Positions 1-9,224 of a stretch of DNA of 64,000 nt are shown one piece after another. Positions within the stretch are counted from its first letter, which is position 1, and each line of letters starts with the position of its first letter. Origin of the DNA: Basidiobolus meristosporus CBS 931.73. Taxonomy: Eukaryota > Fungi > Basidiobolomycota. The DNA is taken from positions 1-64,000 of the forward strand of contig MCFE01000048.1 in NCBI GenBank assembly GCA_002104905.1, given 5' to 3'. The notes beneath the pieces are model-generated. The model had not been told where the DNA came from and ran no database searches. It worked only from the letters and a program-made list of their open reading frames with translations. Both the position numbers and the translations under genes were made by a program.

Positions 1-500
1 GGGGTATGGCTACTGCGTACTTTCAAAGTGCGTTAGGAACTCATGTAAAACTATCATGATGAAAAATTAAAGCACTTTTGTACCACGTGGCTAAGTTTTA
101 CAATTCCCGCGGGATACATGTGCGCATAGAACATAAGTAGTAGTTGCGATGGTGTCCAATAAAGTTTCTATTATAGCCATAATATATATTGAACTTTTGG
201 ATACACTTTATATTTGGTAAAAGCAATCGGGTTACAGAAAATTTGTATTGGCCATGAATTTTTTTATCATATTAGGGCCACGCAATTTATGGTGCCCGAA
301 GCTTATCAAAATATGGGATTGTGGTCAGATTGGGATGAATCCCATTAATTATTAGATATATATTAAAAATAACAATTTATTAATTAAATAGTCATCAAGA
401 CTTATACAGAGCGTATGGACAGTATAGGGAGACAAATATTGGCCCAGACATGCCCACCATATGAGCAGACAATGTGCCAATTGTAGGGTAAAAATATTTA

Positions 501-722
501 TGGTTAGGGTGATAAGGGTTAGGAGGAGGAATTCTAACCCTAAGGGACCAGAACCAAGAATGAGAGAAAAGTAATCCAACGGGAATTTAAAGAGTATAAG
601 AGCAGTATGGGGGATTGCATCCCCCAAACCCCCTGCTTTTTTATTCTCTAGGGGACTGCGTCCCCCAGACCCCCTGCTCTTCTAACCTTTTCCTAGCCCT
701 TACTATAACACCTACACCCTAA
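501..722. repeat. Degenerate telomere-like words plus two GC-rich hairpins upstream of the LINE array
   Basis: GGTTAGGG..TAAGGGTTAGG at 502-523, CTAACCCTAA at 534-543, a degenerate (TAACCC)-like run at ~682-722 ending in CCCTAA (717-722), and hairpins GGGGGAT-TGC-ATCCCCC (609-625) and GGGGAC-TGC-GTCCCC (651-665). Confidence 0.6.
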
Positions 723-723
723 G

Positions 724-1188
724 CCAACTATCAGTCTGGTGCTCTGCTATCTGCCTCCAAGTCTTGCCCTTCAGGAAGTGCAAGTTATATGCCAGAAAGT
801 TCAGCAATACCAGCAATCTATATCAACACCTGTTATCTTGCTTGGAGATCTCAACATTCCCCATCCTGAGAACAAGACTACTCTGACTGCAAGAATGAAG
901 CCAAGGTCCACATTCCTACTGAACTTCCTGAGAGAAAGCCATCTGCTAGCACTGGGTGCTCAATCTGAGAAAAGATGTGTTGACTGGATCTGCCCTTCTG
1001 CTGCTGCCCTCTACTTTGTGAATGAAGTCAAGCAATTCTCTGGAGCTGAGCTAGGATCCTTGAGAGCCTCTGACCACCCAGCCTGGTCCCTTTCTATGCA
1101 ACCAGTTGTGAAGAAGAAGCTGCCAAAACTTACTGTGCTCACCCACAAAGCACCAAGAATCAGAAGAAAGACTTTGGGAACTACTTGA
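724..1188 (+). CDS. Partial AP-endonuclease domain of LINE ORF2 (N-terminal half missing)
   Basis: Motifs SLVLCYLPP, VILLGDLN, VDWI and SDHP. The frame is closed by TAA at 706-708, so the N-terminal catalytic motifs are absent. Confidence 0.8.
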   Translation, partial: PTISLVLCYLPPSLALQEVQVICQKVQQYQQSISTPVILLGDLNIPHPENKTTLTARMKPRSTFLLNFLRESHLLALGAQSEKRCVDWICPSAAALYFVNEVKQFSGAELGSLRASDHPAWSLSMQPVVKKKLPKLTVLTHKAPRIRRKTLGTT

Positions 1189-3239
1189 AGCTTGCCAGTT
1201 TGCTACTTTCTCTGACAGATGATCTCAACTATGCCTGGCTCTTTGTGAAGCATCTGATTCTGGTGTCTGCCTCCCTCTCACTGCCATGCAAGACTACTGC
1301 TGTTACCTCAAGAAAATGGGAATCCATTGTTTCAGCCCTGCAACAAAGCTACCTGAGTTTCCCTAACCCAAAAACAGAGAAACTCCTCCTGACAGCTATA
1401 CACCACTCCAAGGCAATTCACCACACTCTGCATACTCAGCTCTGGGATCATATTATGAGTTCTTTGCCTCTGCAATCTTCCAACTCTATAACAAGAACAG
1501 TATCAAGACTCTACAGAGCAATGAGGCCCTCTTCCAGGAAGTTACCTTCAACAGAACAGCTGGCTAACATCTTCTTCTCTACAAAGCAGTACTCAACTCC
1601 TGGCTTTCATCCTGACTTCAAGACTCTGCCCATCCCACTTGCACTTGATCAAAGGAGAATCCATAATGTGCTCAAGAGGCTTCCCAACTCTACTGCTCCA
1701 GGTGTGGACACAATCTCCTATGAGCTTCTGAAGACTAGTACTAAGGCCATGTCTGCACTTCTGCTTCCACTGTTTCAGCAATGCTCAGCCCAGCTTTCTA
1801 CTCCTGAGGAATGGTCCTTTGCAAATGTTCTGCCACTGTATAAGGGTAAAGGAAAGCACCTGGATCCTAGCTCCTACAGGCCAATATCTCTGCTGCCCAC
1901 CTGCAGGAAGGTGTTTGAGCTTCTGCTTGCTCAGGAGCTCTACTCTGACTCCCTCAAGTTTCATCCTGCACAGTTTGGCTTTGTTCCTGGCCTCTCCTTG
2001 GAATATGCAGTCATACTTAGCCAAGATCACTCTCTCCAGTGCAAGTATCCCTCTGTTCTGTTTGATATTACTAAGGCCTTTGATTCAGTTGACAGAAATC
2101 TGCTTTGGTCCAAGTTGCAATGCTTCTCCAGTACCTCTCTCACCCTCCTTGTCAGGTCTCTGTTTCTGGATCCACAAGCAAGAATTCTGCACCCAAGTGA
2201 GCAATCAGCTGTGTTCTCAGTTCCTAATGGAGTGGTTCAAGGCTCTGTGCTTGGTCCTATACTGTTTGCCATCTTCCTGAATGATTTCCCAAGACTCTCA
2301 GCTGACTGCCTGGTTACTCTCTTTGCTGATGACATCAGAATATCCTCCTCCAATGTGCAACAAGACTCCCAGACCATCCACCAGTATCTGCAGAAGAATA
2401 ATCTTCAGCTTTCCATTGCAAAGACAGTACCTTTGGGCTCTCCCATCATCTTGGAGAACTCCACTCTACCTGCTCAGGTTTCTGCTACATATCTTGGCTT
2501 TCCTTTCCTTCCTACTGGACTAGACTCTGGAGCACACCTGAAGAAGAGAATTATCCTTGCAAGACAGGCACTCCACAAGCTGTTGGCTGTTACTCCTCCT
2601 ACAACTTCAGCTCCCAGCTGCCTCCTTCTACTCAAGCAGTTTGTCTTCCCTGTCCTAGAATTTGGCTTACCACTTCTCTCTCTTACTTCTAGAGACTGCA
2701 CTAAGCTTGACAAGTTTGCAGTATGGTGCATTACCTCCTTGGTGCCTCATTTGCCTGAATGCCCCTACAGACATGCTATTCTTGGTGCTTTTGGGTTTAT
2801 GCCCTATAAGATCAGACTTCTCTACCTTAGAACCAGATTATACCTCAGACTTCACAACTGCAACAACCCACTGATTAAGGCCTGGAAGAGAACACACCAC
2901 ACAACACCTGGCTCCTGCTGGAGAACTATACATGGAGATCCTGAAGTCAAGAAGTTTGCTCACTTTATTCTGCAGTCAGAAAAACCCAAGCTGGCCTACC
3001 TGAAGTACTTGACAGACCTTTGGCAGCAATATCTGCAGCAGCACACTCCATTTATGATGAATATCAATCCTTATCACATTCCCCTCATTAATGTTGTTCA
3101 CAAGTCATTCTTACCTCTCTTGCTACCCCCCTTCCCACTGAACAGTGTCTTGAGCACTGAAGAGCTATCATCACTTCTTATTAACTTACCTACAAATTCC
3201 CCTCAGCTACACACTCTTGTATCAAAGCTACAACAGTAG
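1185..3239 (+). CDS. LINE reverse transcriptase ORF (copy 1), in a different frame from the endonuclease part
   Basis: 684-aa open frame with all non-LTR RT motifs. The frame is open from 1074 and overlaps the EN frame. Confidence 0.93.
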   Translation: MKLASLLLSLTDDLNYAWLFVKHLILVSASLSLPCKTTAVTSRKWESIVSALQQSYLSFPNPKTEKLLLTAIHHSKAIHHTLHTQLWDHIMSSLPLQSSNSITRTVSRLYRAMRPSSRKLPSTEQLANIFFSTKQYSTPGFHPDFKTLPIPLALDQRRIHNVLKRLPNSTAPGVDTISYELLKTSTKAMSALLLPLFQQCSAQLSTPEEWSFANVLPLYKGKGKHLDPSSYRPISLLPTCRKVFELLLAQELYSDSLKFHPAQFGFVPGLSLEYAVILSQDHSLQCKYPSVLFDITKAFDSVDRNLLWSKLQCFSSTSLTLLVRSLFLDPQARILHPSEQSAVFSVPNGVVQGSVLGPILFAIFLNDFPRLSADCLVTLFADDIRISSSNVQQDSQTIHQYLQKNNLQLSIAKTVPLGSPIILENSTLPAQVSATYLGFPFLPTGLDSGAHLKKRIILARQALHKLLAVTPPTTSAPSCLLLLKQFVFPVLEFGLPLLSLTSRDCTKLDKFAVWCITSLVPHLPECPYRHAILGAFGFMPYKIRLLYLRTRLYLRLHNCNNPLIKAWKRTHHTTPGSCWRTIHGDPEVKKFAHFILQSEKPKLAYLKYLTDLWQQYLQQHTPFMMNINPYHIPLINVVHKSFLPLLLPPFPLNSVLSTEELSSLLINLPTNSPQLHTLVSKLQQ

Positions 3240-3297
3240 CGCTGGCTTCTTTGTTTCAACTGAAATAAAGATTTCGCCTGTTGGTGACTGTCTCCCC

Positions 3298-3309
3298 CCC
3301 TAACCCTAA
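3298..3309 (+). repeat. (CCCTAA)2 telomere-type spacer between the two LINE copies
   Basis: Sequence reads ...TCTCCCCCCC-TAACCCTAA-GCAATACACC...; copy 2 homology starts at 3309-3310. Confidence 0.85.
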
Positions 3310-5217
3310 GCAATACACCACTCCAAGGCAATTCACCACACTCTGCATACTCAGCTCTGGGATCATATTATGAGTTCCTTGCCTCTGCAATCTTCCAACT
3401 CTATAACAAGAACAGTATCAAGACTCTACAGGGCAATGAGGCCCTCTTCCAGGAAGTTACCTTCAACAGAACAGCTGGCTAACATCTTCTTCTCTACAAA
3501 GCAGTACTCAACTCCTGGCTTTCATCCTGACTTCAAGACTCTGCCCATCCCACTTGCACTTGATCAAAGGAGAATCCATAATGTGCTCAAGAGGCTTCCC
3601 AACTCTACTGCTCCAGGTGTGGACACAATCTCCTATGAGCTTCTGAAGACTAGTACCAAGGCCATGTCTGCACTTCTGCTTCCACTGTTTCAGCAATGCT
3701 CAGCCCAGCTTTCTACTCCTGAGGAATGGTCCTTTGCAAATGTTCTGCCACTGTACAAGGGTAAAGGAAAGCACCTGGATCCTAGCTCCTACAGACCAAT
3801 ATCTCTGCTGCCCACCTGCAGAAAGGTGTTTGAGCTTCTGCTTGCTCAGGAGCTCTACTCTGACTCCCTCAAGTTTCATCCTGCACAGTTTGGCTTTGTT
3901 CCTGGCCTCTCCTTGGAATATGCAGTCATACTTAGCCAAGATCACTCTCTCCAGTGCAAGTATCCCTCTGTTCTGTTTGATATTACTAAGGCCTTTGATT
4001 CAGTTGACAGAAATCTGCTTTGGTCCAAGTTGCAATGCTTCTCCAGTACCTCTCTCACCCTCCTTGTCAGGTCTCTGTTTCTGGATCCACAAGCAAGAAT
4101 TCTGCACCCAAGTGAGCAATCAGCTGTGTTCTCAGTTCCTAATGGAGTGGTTCAAGGCTCTGTGCTTGGTCCTATACTGTTTGCCATCTTCCTGAATGAT
4201 TTCCCAAGACTCTCAGCTGACTGCCTGGTTACTCTCTTTGCTGATGACATCAGAATATCCTCCTCCAATGTGCAACAAGACTCCCAGACCATCCACCAGT
4301 ATCTGCAGAAGAATAATCTCCAGCTTTCCATTGCAAAGACAGTACCTTTGGGCTCTCCCATCAACTTGGAGAACTCCACTCTACCTGCTCAGGTTTCTGC
4401 TACATATCTTGGCTTTCCTTTCCTTCCTACTGGACTAGACTCTGGAGCACACCTGAAGAAGAGAATTATCCTGGCAAGACAGGCACTCCACAAGCTACTG
4501 GCTGTTACTCCTCCTACAACTTCAGCTCCCAGCTGCCTCCTTCTACTCAAGCAGTTTGTCTTCCCTGTCCTGGAATTTGGCTTACCACTTCTCTCTCTTA
4601 CTTCTAGAGACTGCACTAAGCTTGACAAGTTTGCAGTATGGTGCATTACCTCCTTGGTGCCTCATTTGCCTGAATGCCCCTACAGACATGCTATTCTTGG
4701 TGCTTTTGGGTTTATGCCCTATAAGATCAGACTTCTCTACCTTAGAACCAGATTATACCTCAGACTTCACAACTGCAACAACCCACTGATTAAGGCCTGG
4801 AAGAGAACACACCACACAACACCTGGCTCCTGCTGGAGAACTATACTTGGAGATCCTGAAGTCAAGAAGTTTGCTGAATTTATTCTGCAGTCAGAAAAAC
4901 CCAAGCTGGCCTACCTGAAGTACTTGACAGACCTTTGGCAGCAATATCTGCAGCAGCACACTCCCTTTATGATGAATATCAATCCTTATCACATTCCCCT
5001 CATTAATGTTGTTCACAAGTCATTCTTACCTCTCTTGCTACCCCCCTTCCCACTGAACAGTGTCTTGAGCACAGAAGAACTATCATCACTTCTTATTAAC
5101 TTACCTACTAATTCCCCTCTGCTACACACTCTTGTATCAAAGCTACAACAGTAGCGCTGGCTTCTTTGTTTCAACTGAAATAAAGATTTCACCTGTTGGT
5201 GACTGTCTCCCCCCCCC
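3310..5217 (+). mobile_element. Non-LTR retrotransposon copy 2, further 5'-truncated, head-to-tail with copy 1
   Basis: Colinear with 1395-3300 at an offset of 1915 and about 99% identical by manual comparison. Same 3'UTR, ending in C9-TAA at 5209-5220. Confidence 0.93.
3370..5154 (+). CDS. LINE reverse transcriptase ORF (copy 2, 5'-truncated)
   Basis: 594-aa ORF with only 4 amino-acid differences from copy 1 (I/N, H/L, H/E, Q/L). Confidence 0.92.
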   Translation: MSSLPLQSSNSITRTVSRLYRAMRPSSRKLPSTEQLANIFFSTKQYSTPGFHPDFKTLPIPLALDQRRIHNVLKRLPNSTAPGVDTISYELLKTSTKAMSALLLPLFQQCSAQLSTPEEWSFANVLPLYKGKGKHLDPSSYRPISLLPTCRKVFELLLAQELYSDSLKFHPAQFGFVPGLSLEYAVILSQDHSLQCKYPSVLFDITKAFDSVDRNLLWSKLQCFSSTSLTLLVRSLFLDPQARILHPSEQSAVFSVPNGVVQGSVLGPILFAIFLNDFPRLSADCLVTLFADDIRISSSNVQQDSQTIHQYLQKNNLQLSIAKTVPLGSPINLENSTLPAQVSATYLGFPFLPTGLDSGAHLKKRIILARQALHKLLAVTPPTTSAPSCLLLLKQFVFPVLEFGLPLLSLTSRDCTKLDKFAVWCITSLVPHLPECPYRHAILGAFGFMPYKIRLLYLRTRLYLRLHNCNNPLIKAWKRTHHTTPGSCWRTILGDPEVKKFAEFILQSEKPKLAYLKYLTDLWQQYLQQHTPFMMNINPYHIPLINVVHKSFLPLLLPPFPLNSVLSTEELSSLLINLPTNSPLLHTLVSKLQQ

Positions 5218-5864
5218 TAAATATACACATATCTAAGTCTCTTATATCATAGCCTATAAATCATAGAGTATTCTACCAATATTCCCTGTGAGGATTGACT
5301 CAGAATATCTCACCAAAATGTCAGGTACCCAAGACATGGAAAACATCAAAGTTGTCCAAAGACCTCAAACTTTTCACAAATGTTCTTTGAATCTTCCTGA
5401 GCATATTCCATGTGCTAGTTTTGGCAATACCATGTAAGAGTCCCAATGAAAAATCTCAAACTTGGAATTCATCTGATTTTCAGCTGGTATTCTTCTGGTA
5501 TTCTAATGGTATTTTGCTGGTATTCAGCTGGTGTTTTTGGTTCAAAATATCAAATGCAATTTTTGATGGAAGTAATGGGCAGCTAATTACCAAATTTGGT
5601 GTTGATGCTAGTTGGCCTAGTCTCCACCTGGGGAATCTGTTTGCTTGCCTGCCCATCAGCTAACAGCTGAGGTATTGAGAGTTGTCAATTTTGAGAAACT
5701 TGGAATTTGGCTGATATTGTGATGGTATTTTGCTGGCCTTTTCTTAATTTTTTTTCTTAGGGGAGTATAAATACCACTATTTCTTCCAATAAAGCATTAT
5801 GTGAAATCCACATAATCTACTTGTTGTCCAAATCGCATCCAGTATCTCCAAAACCCTTACAACA
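5216..5864 (+). mobile_element. Diverged solo LTR of the Copia family at 50.9-56.6 kb, lacking its first ~25 nt and split by a MITE
   Basis: 5216-5441 aligns with the LTR 5' half (cctaaatat..., gttgtccaaa..., catgtaa). 5763-5864 aligns with the LTR 3' half (agtataaata..., ccacataatctacttgt..., cttacaaca). Confidence 0.75.
5442..5762. mobile_element. 321-bp non-autonomous TIR element (MITE) with CCC termini
   Basis: TIRs CCCAATGAAAAA / TTTTTCTTAGGG (10/12 match), a 4-bp direct repeat GAGT on both sides (5438-5441, 5763-5766), and internal TGGTATT repeats. Removing it rejoins the LTR. Confidence 0.75.
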
Positions 5865-6239
5865 TCTACAATGCAATATGAAATGGCACAAGGAGATGTA
5901 AGATAGCAGTAATAAAATTTGAAGAATTGGTACAGTGGCATTCTACAATATACATCCCTACCCTGTGCAGTATTCAACCGTTTGCAGTAGCTTCTTCATA
6001 AAGCTGAGGTTTATATGTAATCTTTGGCTTAGGCGGAGAATTTGAACAGTGGCTCCACGTGATTTATGCAGTATTCAACAGCCAGCGACAGATTACATGA
6101 AGGAATTGCAGAGGGAATGTGGCATATATTTTGTTTGAAGATTGTAGTGAGTTTACAAACCGCAAAAGCTAAAGTGAATGAATGCTATGGCTACAGACAC
6201 ATTGTCGGGTCTTTTCCTGAACATTTCTATGATTTCTCA

Positions 6240-7192
6240 AAAAGGGAGAGAATCTTAGGCGGCCATTTAACCTGACCCAGCTGCAGTGATAGCTTGCCTG
6301 CGGTAACGATCGTGTGCGTTGTCAGCAGCAAAGATGCCTGGGATATTTGTTTTAGTTAGTCTAAATGAACCTGGCCTATATAAGATGATAATACCCGGAG
6401 TTTGCCACGGCGGACCAGGGTGTATACTTCAGAAGCCTATCGAGTCAGAATGATGCTCTCTTCCGCGGCGGAACCACCTCCACCAACTACAGCCAAAGGC
6501 TTGTTTCGGAAAATCGGGACAACGCCGTCACAAAACAGCACAGTCGGATATACCGCTTTGCCAATAAATTCCCTCATCTAATGAAACAACTCAATTCATC
6601 CGAGTTTTCTCGTAAAATTAGCTTGTAGGCCACGAACCAGGGAAGAGCATGCGCTTGGCGGTAGCGCCAGTGGCGATTTCGACGGAGCTGGTAGTGTCAG
6701 ATTTTACAACCTCTGCTCCTTCTCTTCGTAATTTAAACGGATGCAGGCAGAAATCAACCTTAGTTACTGTTTCGATGTAGATTTTGGTTTCAAAATGTTG
6801 TGACTGTTGACGGAATTGGCCCGTCATGGCAGGTCCGACGATACTCAAGTTGCGGCTTCTGTAATAGTGGCCAATGTGCGCTAGAAGTAAATCCCACAGT
6901 ACCTGACTACTCGGACGGGGGTAAGATACTTTCTTTAACGCCAGCAATCACGCATACAAACATAATAGGCTCTGTTTTGGCTCTGGTAGCAGTATGGCCT
7001 GCAGGTCGTGAGCCTATGACGGCCTTGTCAACTTTCTGTCGCTATAATTTTGATGCGGTATGGATAGATCAAACTCGCCACACGGGCATGTCCTCTGAAA
7101 AATGAGGGTGAAGAAAAGGTCCTTTGCTGTGCTAAGACCTTGGGAAGTGTGGAAAAAGCAGTGCGCAAACGCAAAAGATGTCTCAAAGCCAT
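6240..7192 (-). pseudogene. TRR1: Thioredoxin reductase pseudogene with a mitochondrial-type leader
   Basis: Recognisable segments: [78 protein letters not shown]. Lesions: extra T at ~6532-6535 in the CxxC motif, TAG at 6437-6439, TAA at 6267-6269 and 6255-6257, and a large internal deletion. Confidence 0.85.
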
Positions 7193-7961
7193 GGTTGAAA
7201 TATATCCAAAGGACAAGGTACCCGTTTTCGGAGCGCAGTAGAATCGGAGCCCATCAATATCATTTGACTCCATAATAAAATAGCAGAATAAGCAATCTGG
7301 AGATCATGCAGCCCTATGATTAGCCTGAGCGGCTAGCCTGTAACTCGTAATCCGTAACATGTAACCTGCAACCTGTAACCCTTAATCGATTCTAAGCTGA
7401 CTCATATTCAAGTGATGCAACAAAGATTATCTATGGAAAAGCTGGTCTGAAGCTATCTCGCAACAACGTGTCCAAACGTTTTGACTCATATCGTTCTTCA
7501 GAACCCGTTAGGATTGTGTGCAGCAATGATCGTCATCATTCAGAAGCATGATCGGTTTCGGCCTACGACACCTCATGTGAAAAATAGCCACAGGAGTCGA
7601 GGGTTCCGTGAATACTGGCTGATGCGTTGGTGAAATCGCGCATGCTGGTTGACTATGTCTCGCAACCCCATTCTCATTCCTCGAACCAGGTCTCTAATGC
7701 GAAAACACTCCTGCTGTATTGATGTAACAATGCCACGGAGAGTAACATATAAAGCAACTGGGGATGATTCATCCGCAAACATTTCTTGCTGTTGGATTGC
7801 TTTGAGCTCCCGTATTGAGCTCTTCTCCCCTTCATCTTTCTCCGTGTCTACCTAATACATAGAGGCCTTTGGGAGCTCTAAATGTCCAGTTCCTTGCCCA
7901 ATCCAGTCACAAATCCTCTCTCCAGTAACAGTCTCGTTCACATATAAAGTAGAATATAATA

Positions 7962-9224
7962 ATGCTGACCTCGGCACCAGTATTCTCCAACGTCAATAGT
8001 CAGTATGGGTCTGTGTTTACAGCAGCGATCGCTGCCCACAGCATCTCGATCATATGCTCAGCAATCGTCTTTCTGATATTAGTAGGTCTCAAGTATTACG
8101 ACCGACATCTGGTAGATCGGGTGTCCTTGAGGTTGAACAAATGGGTAGCATTAGTGGACATTGGCTACTGTAGCGCTCAGATACTAAACATTCAAAACAA
8201 CAACGATACCATCTGGTGCATACTCAGCGTCTGGCTTCTCATACTGTTCACGCTGCTTTATCTATTTTTGAATACCATGATAGCATTTAATTTACAAATC
8301 GTTTTTGTTCACGGCAAGAGCAATACCTCCACCTATGTGAAATACTATTACATGGCGTCGCTCTTTCTCTCGTTGCTGATCAGCATCACGCCCTTCTTCG
8401 AGCGGAAGTACGGCTTCTATGCCGGCTCGGGGACATGTTGGTGGACCAACGGCTACACCTCGAAGACCATTCTATGGGAGTGGATGACCTACCTAGGCTG
8501 GATCGTGGTCAGCGTCTTGTACTGCATCATAGCCATCAGTCTGGTAACATACAAGCTGATAAAGGAAAGTCGTCTAATCCGCGCGCACATCCACCACACC
8601 GCCAACCAAGAGCTTGGATCTGAATGGCAGGGAAAAACCAACATTGACAAGGACATCTTGAAGGCCGTGCGGCGGATCGTGCTGTATCCAATGATCCCGA
8701 TCTTCACGCAAGGGATCAACATTGTCCAGGAGATGGACATCTACATTCATCGACGAGCAAACTTCTCGCTGTTTTTCTTGGCCTATTTCGCTGGCTCTCT
8801 CCAAGGCACGTTGAATGCCATTGTTCTTCTGTTCGATCCGGCAGTGGTTCACGCGTGGCAGCGTATTCGGGCTGACCTCACCGATCGCTATGTGCACTCC
8901 GTGACTTCATCAGACTCTTCGGAAGAGGTGGGGATTGCTTCATGGAAGCCTAGGATACTACTCTGGTGCATCAAAAAATGCCTGCTTACCAACAGCGCAA
9001 ACTCTGCGGAGAACCGCGTTTCTGAGCGTCCCTATCTCGTCCACCTAAACCAAGCCATCCACTCGGATGTCAGTCTGTCCATAGCCGGGATAGAGGAACG
9101 TCGATATGATGTTTATGCCATCAGTCATCAAAGCTCAGAAGTGAATAAGATCGAGACATGCAGCGAGCGGAAGAGTACGAGCCATTCCGAAAGATTTCCG
9201 AAAGATACTTCGTTGTACCTGTAA
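7962..9224 (+). CDS. Git3/cAMP-receptor-like 7TM GPCR, single exon
   Basis: 420-aa ORF with seven hydrophobic segments, DRVSLRL after TM1, YG..CW in ECL2, RRIVLYP.IP in TM6 and QG.LNA..LLFDP in TM7. Confidence 0.85.
   Translation: MLTSAPVFSNVNSQYGSVFTAAIAAHSISIICSAIVFLILVGLKYYDRHLVDRVSLRLNKWVALVDIGYCSAQILNIQNNNDTIWCILSVWLLILFTLLYLFLNTMIAFNLQIVFVHGKSNTSTYVKYYYMASLFLSLLISITPFFERKYGFYAGSGTCWWTNGYTSKTILWEWMTYLGWIVVSVLYCIIAISLVTYKLIKESRLIRAHIHHTANQELGSEWQGKTNIDKDILKAVRRIVLYPMIPIFTQGINIVQEMDIYIHRRANFSLFFLAYFAGSLQGTLNAIVLLFDPAVVHAWQRIRADLTDRYVHSVTSSDSSEEVGIASWKPRILLWCIKKCLLTNSANSAENRVSERPYLVHLNQAIHSDVSLSIAGIEERRYDVYAISHQSSEVNKIETCSERKSTSHSERFPKDTSLYL

Larger units (their letters stand above)
723..3300 (+). 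mobile_element. Non-LTR retrotransposon (LINE, APE endonuclease + RT), copy 1, 5'-truncated inside the endonuclease
   Basis: C-terminal half of an APE domain (CYLPP, GDLN, VDWI, SDH) followed by a LINE-type RT (APGVD, YRPISLL, QFGF, DITKAFDSV, GVVQGSVLGPILF, FADD). Short 3'UTR with AATAAA (3264-3269) ending in a C-run. Confidence 0.93.

Noticed and set aside
1-500. AT-rich left end and the 352-627 minus ORF as a possible mitochondrial insertion (NUMT) or membrane-protein gene
   Set aside because: Manual translation in standard and TGA=Trp codes gave no recognisable mitochondrial protein. The hydrophobic ORF is explained by the antisense of purine-rich, telomere-like words.
1593-4789. Short alternative-frame and antisense ORFs within the LINE copies
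   Set aside because: They are shadows of the RT ORF, duplicated only because the element is duplicated.
7380-7855. Possible uridine kinase/UPRT-like or other gene remnant on the minus strand
   Set aside because: Only weak, frame-switching resemblance, so the identity cannot be supported. It may be another pseudogene.
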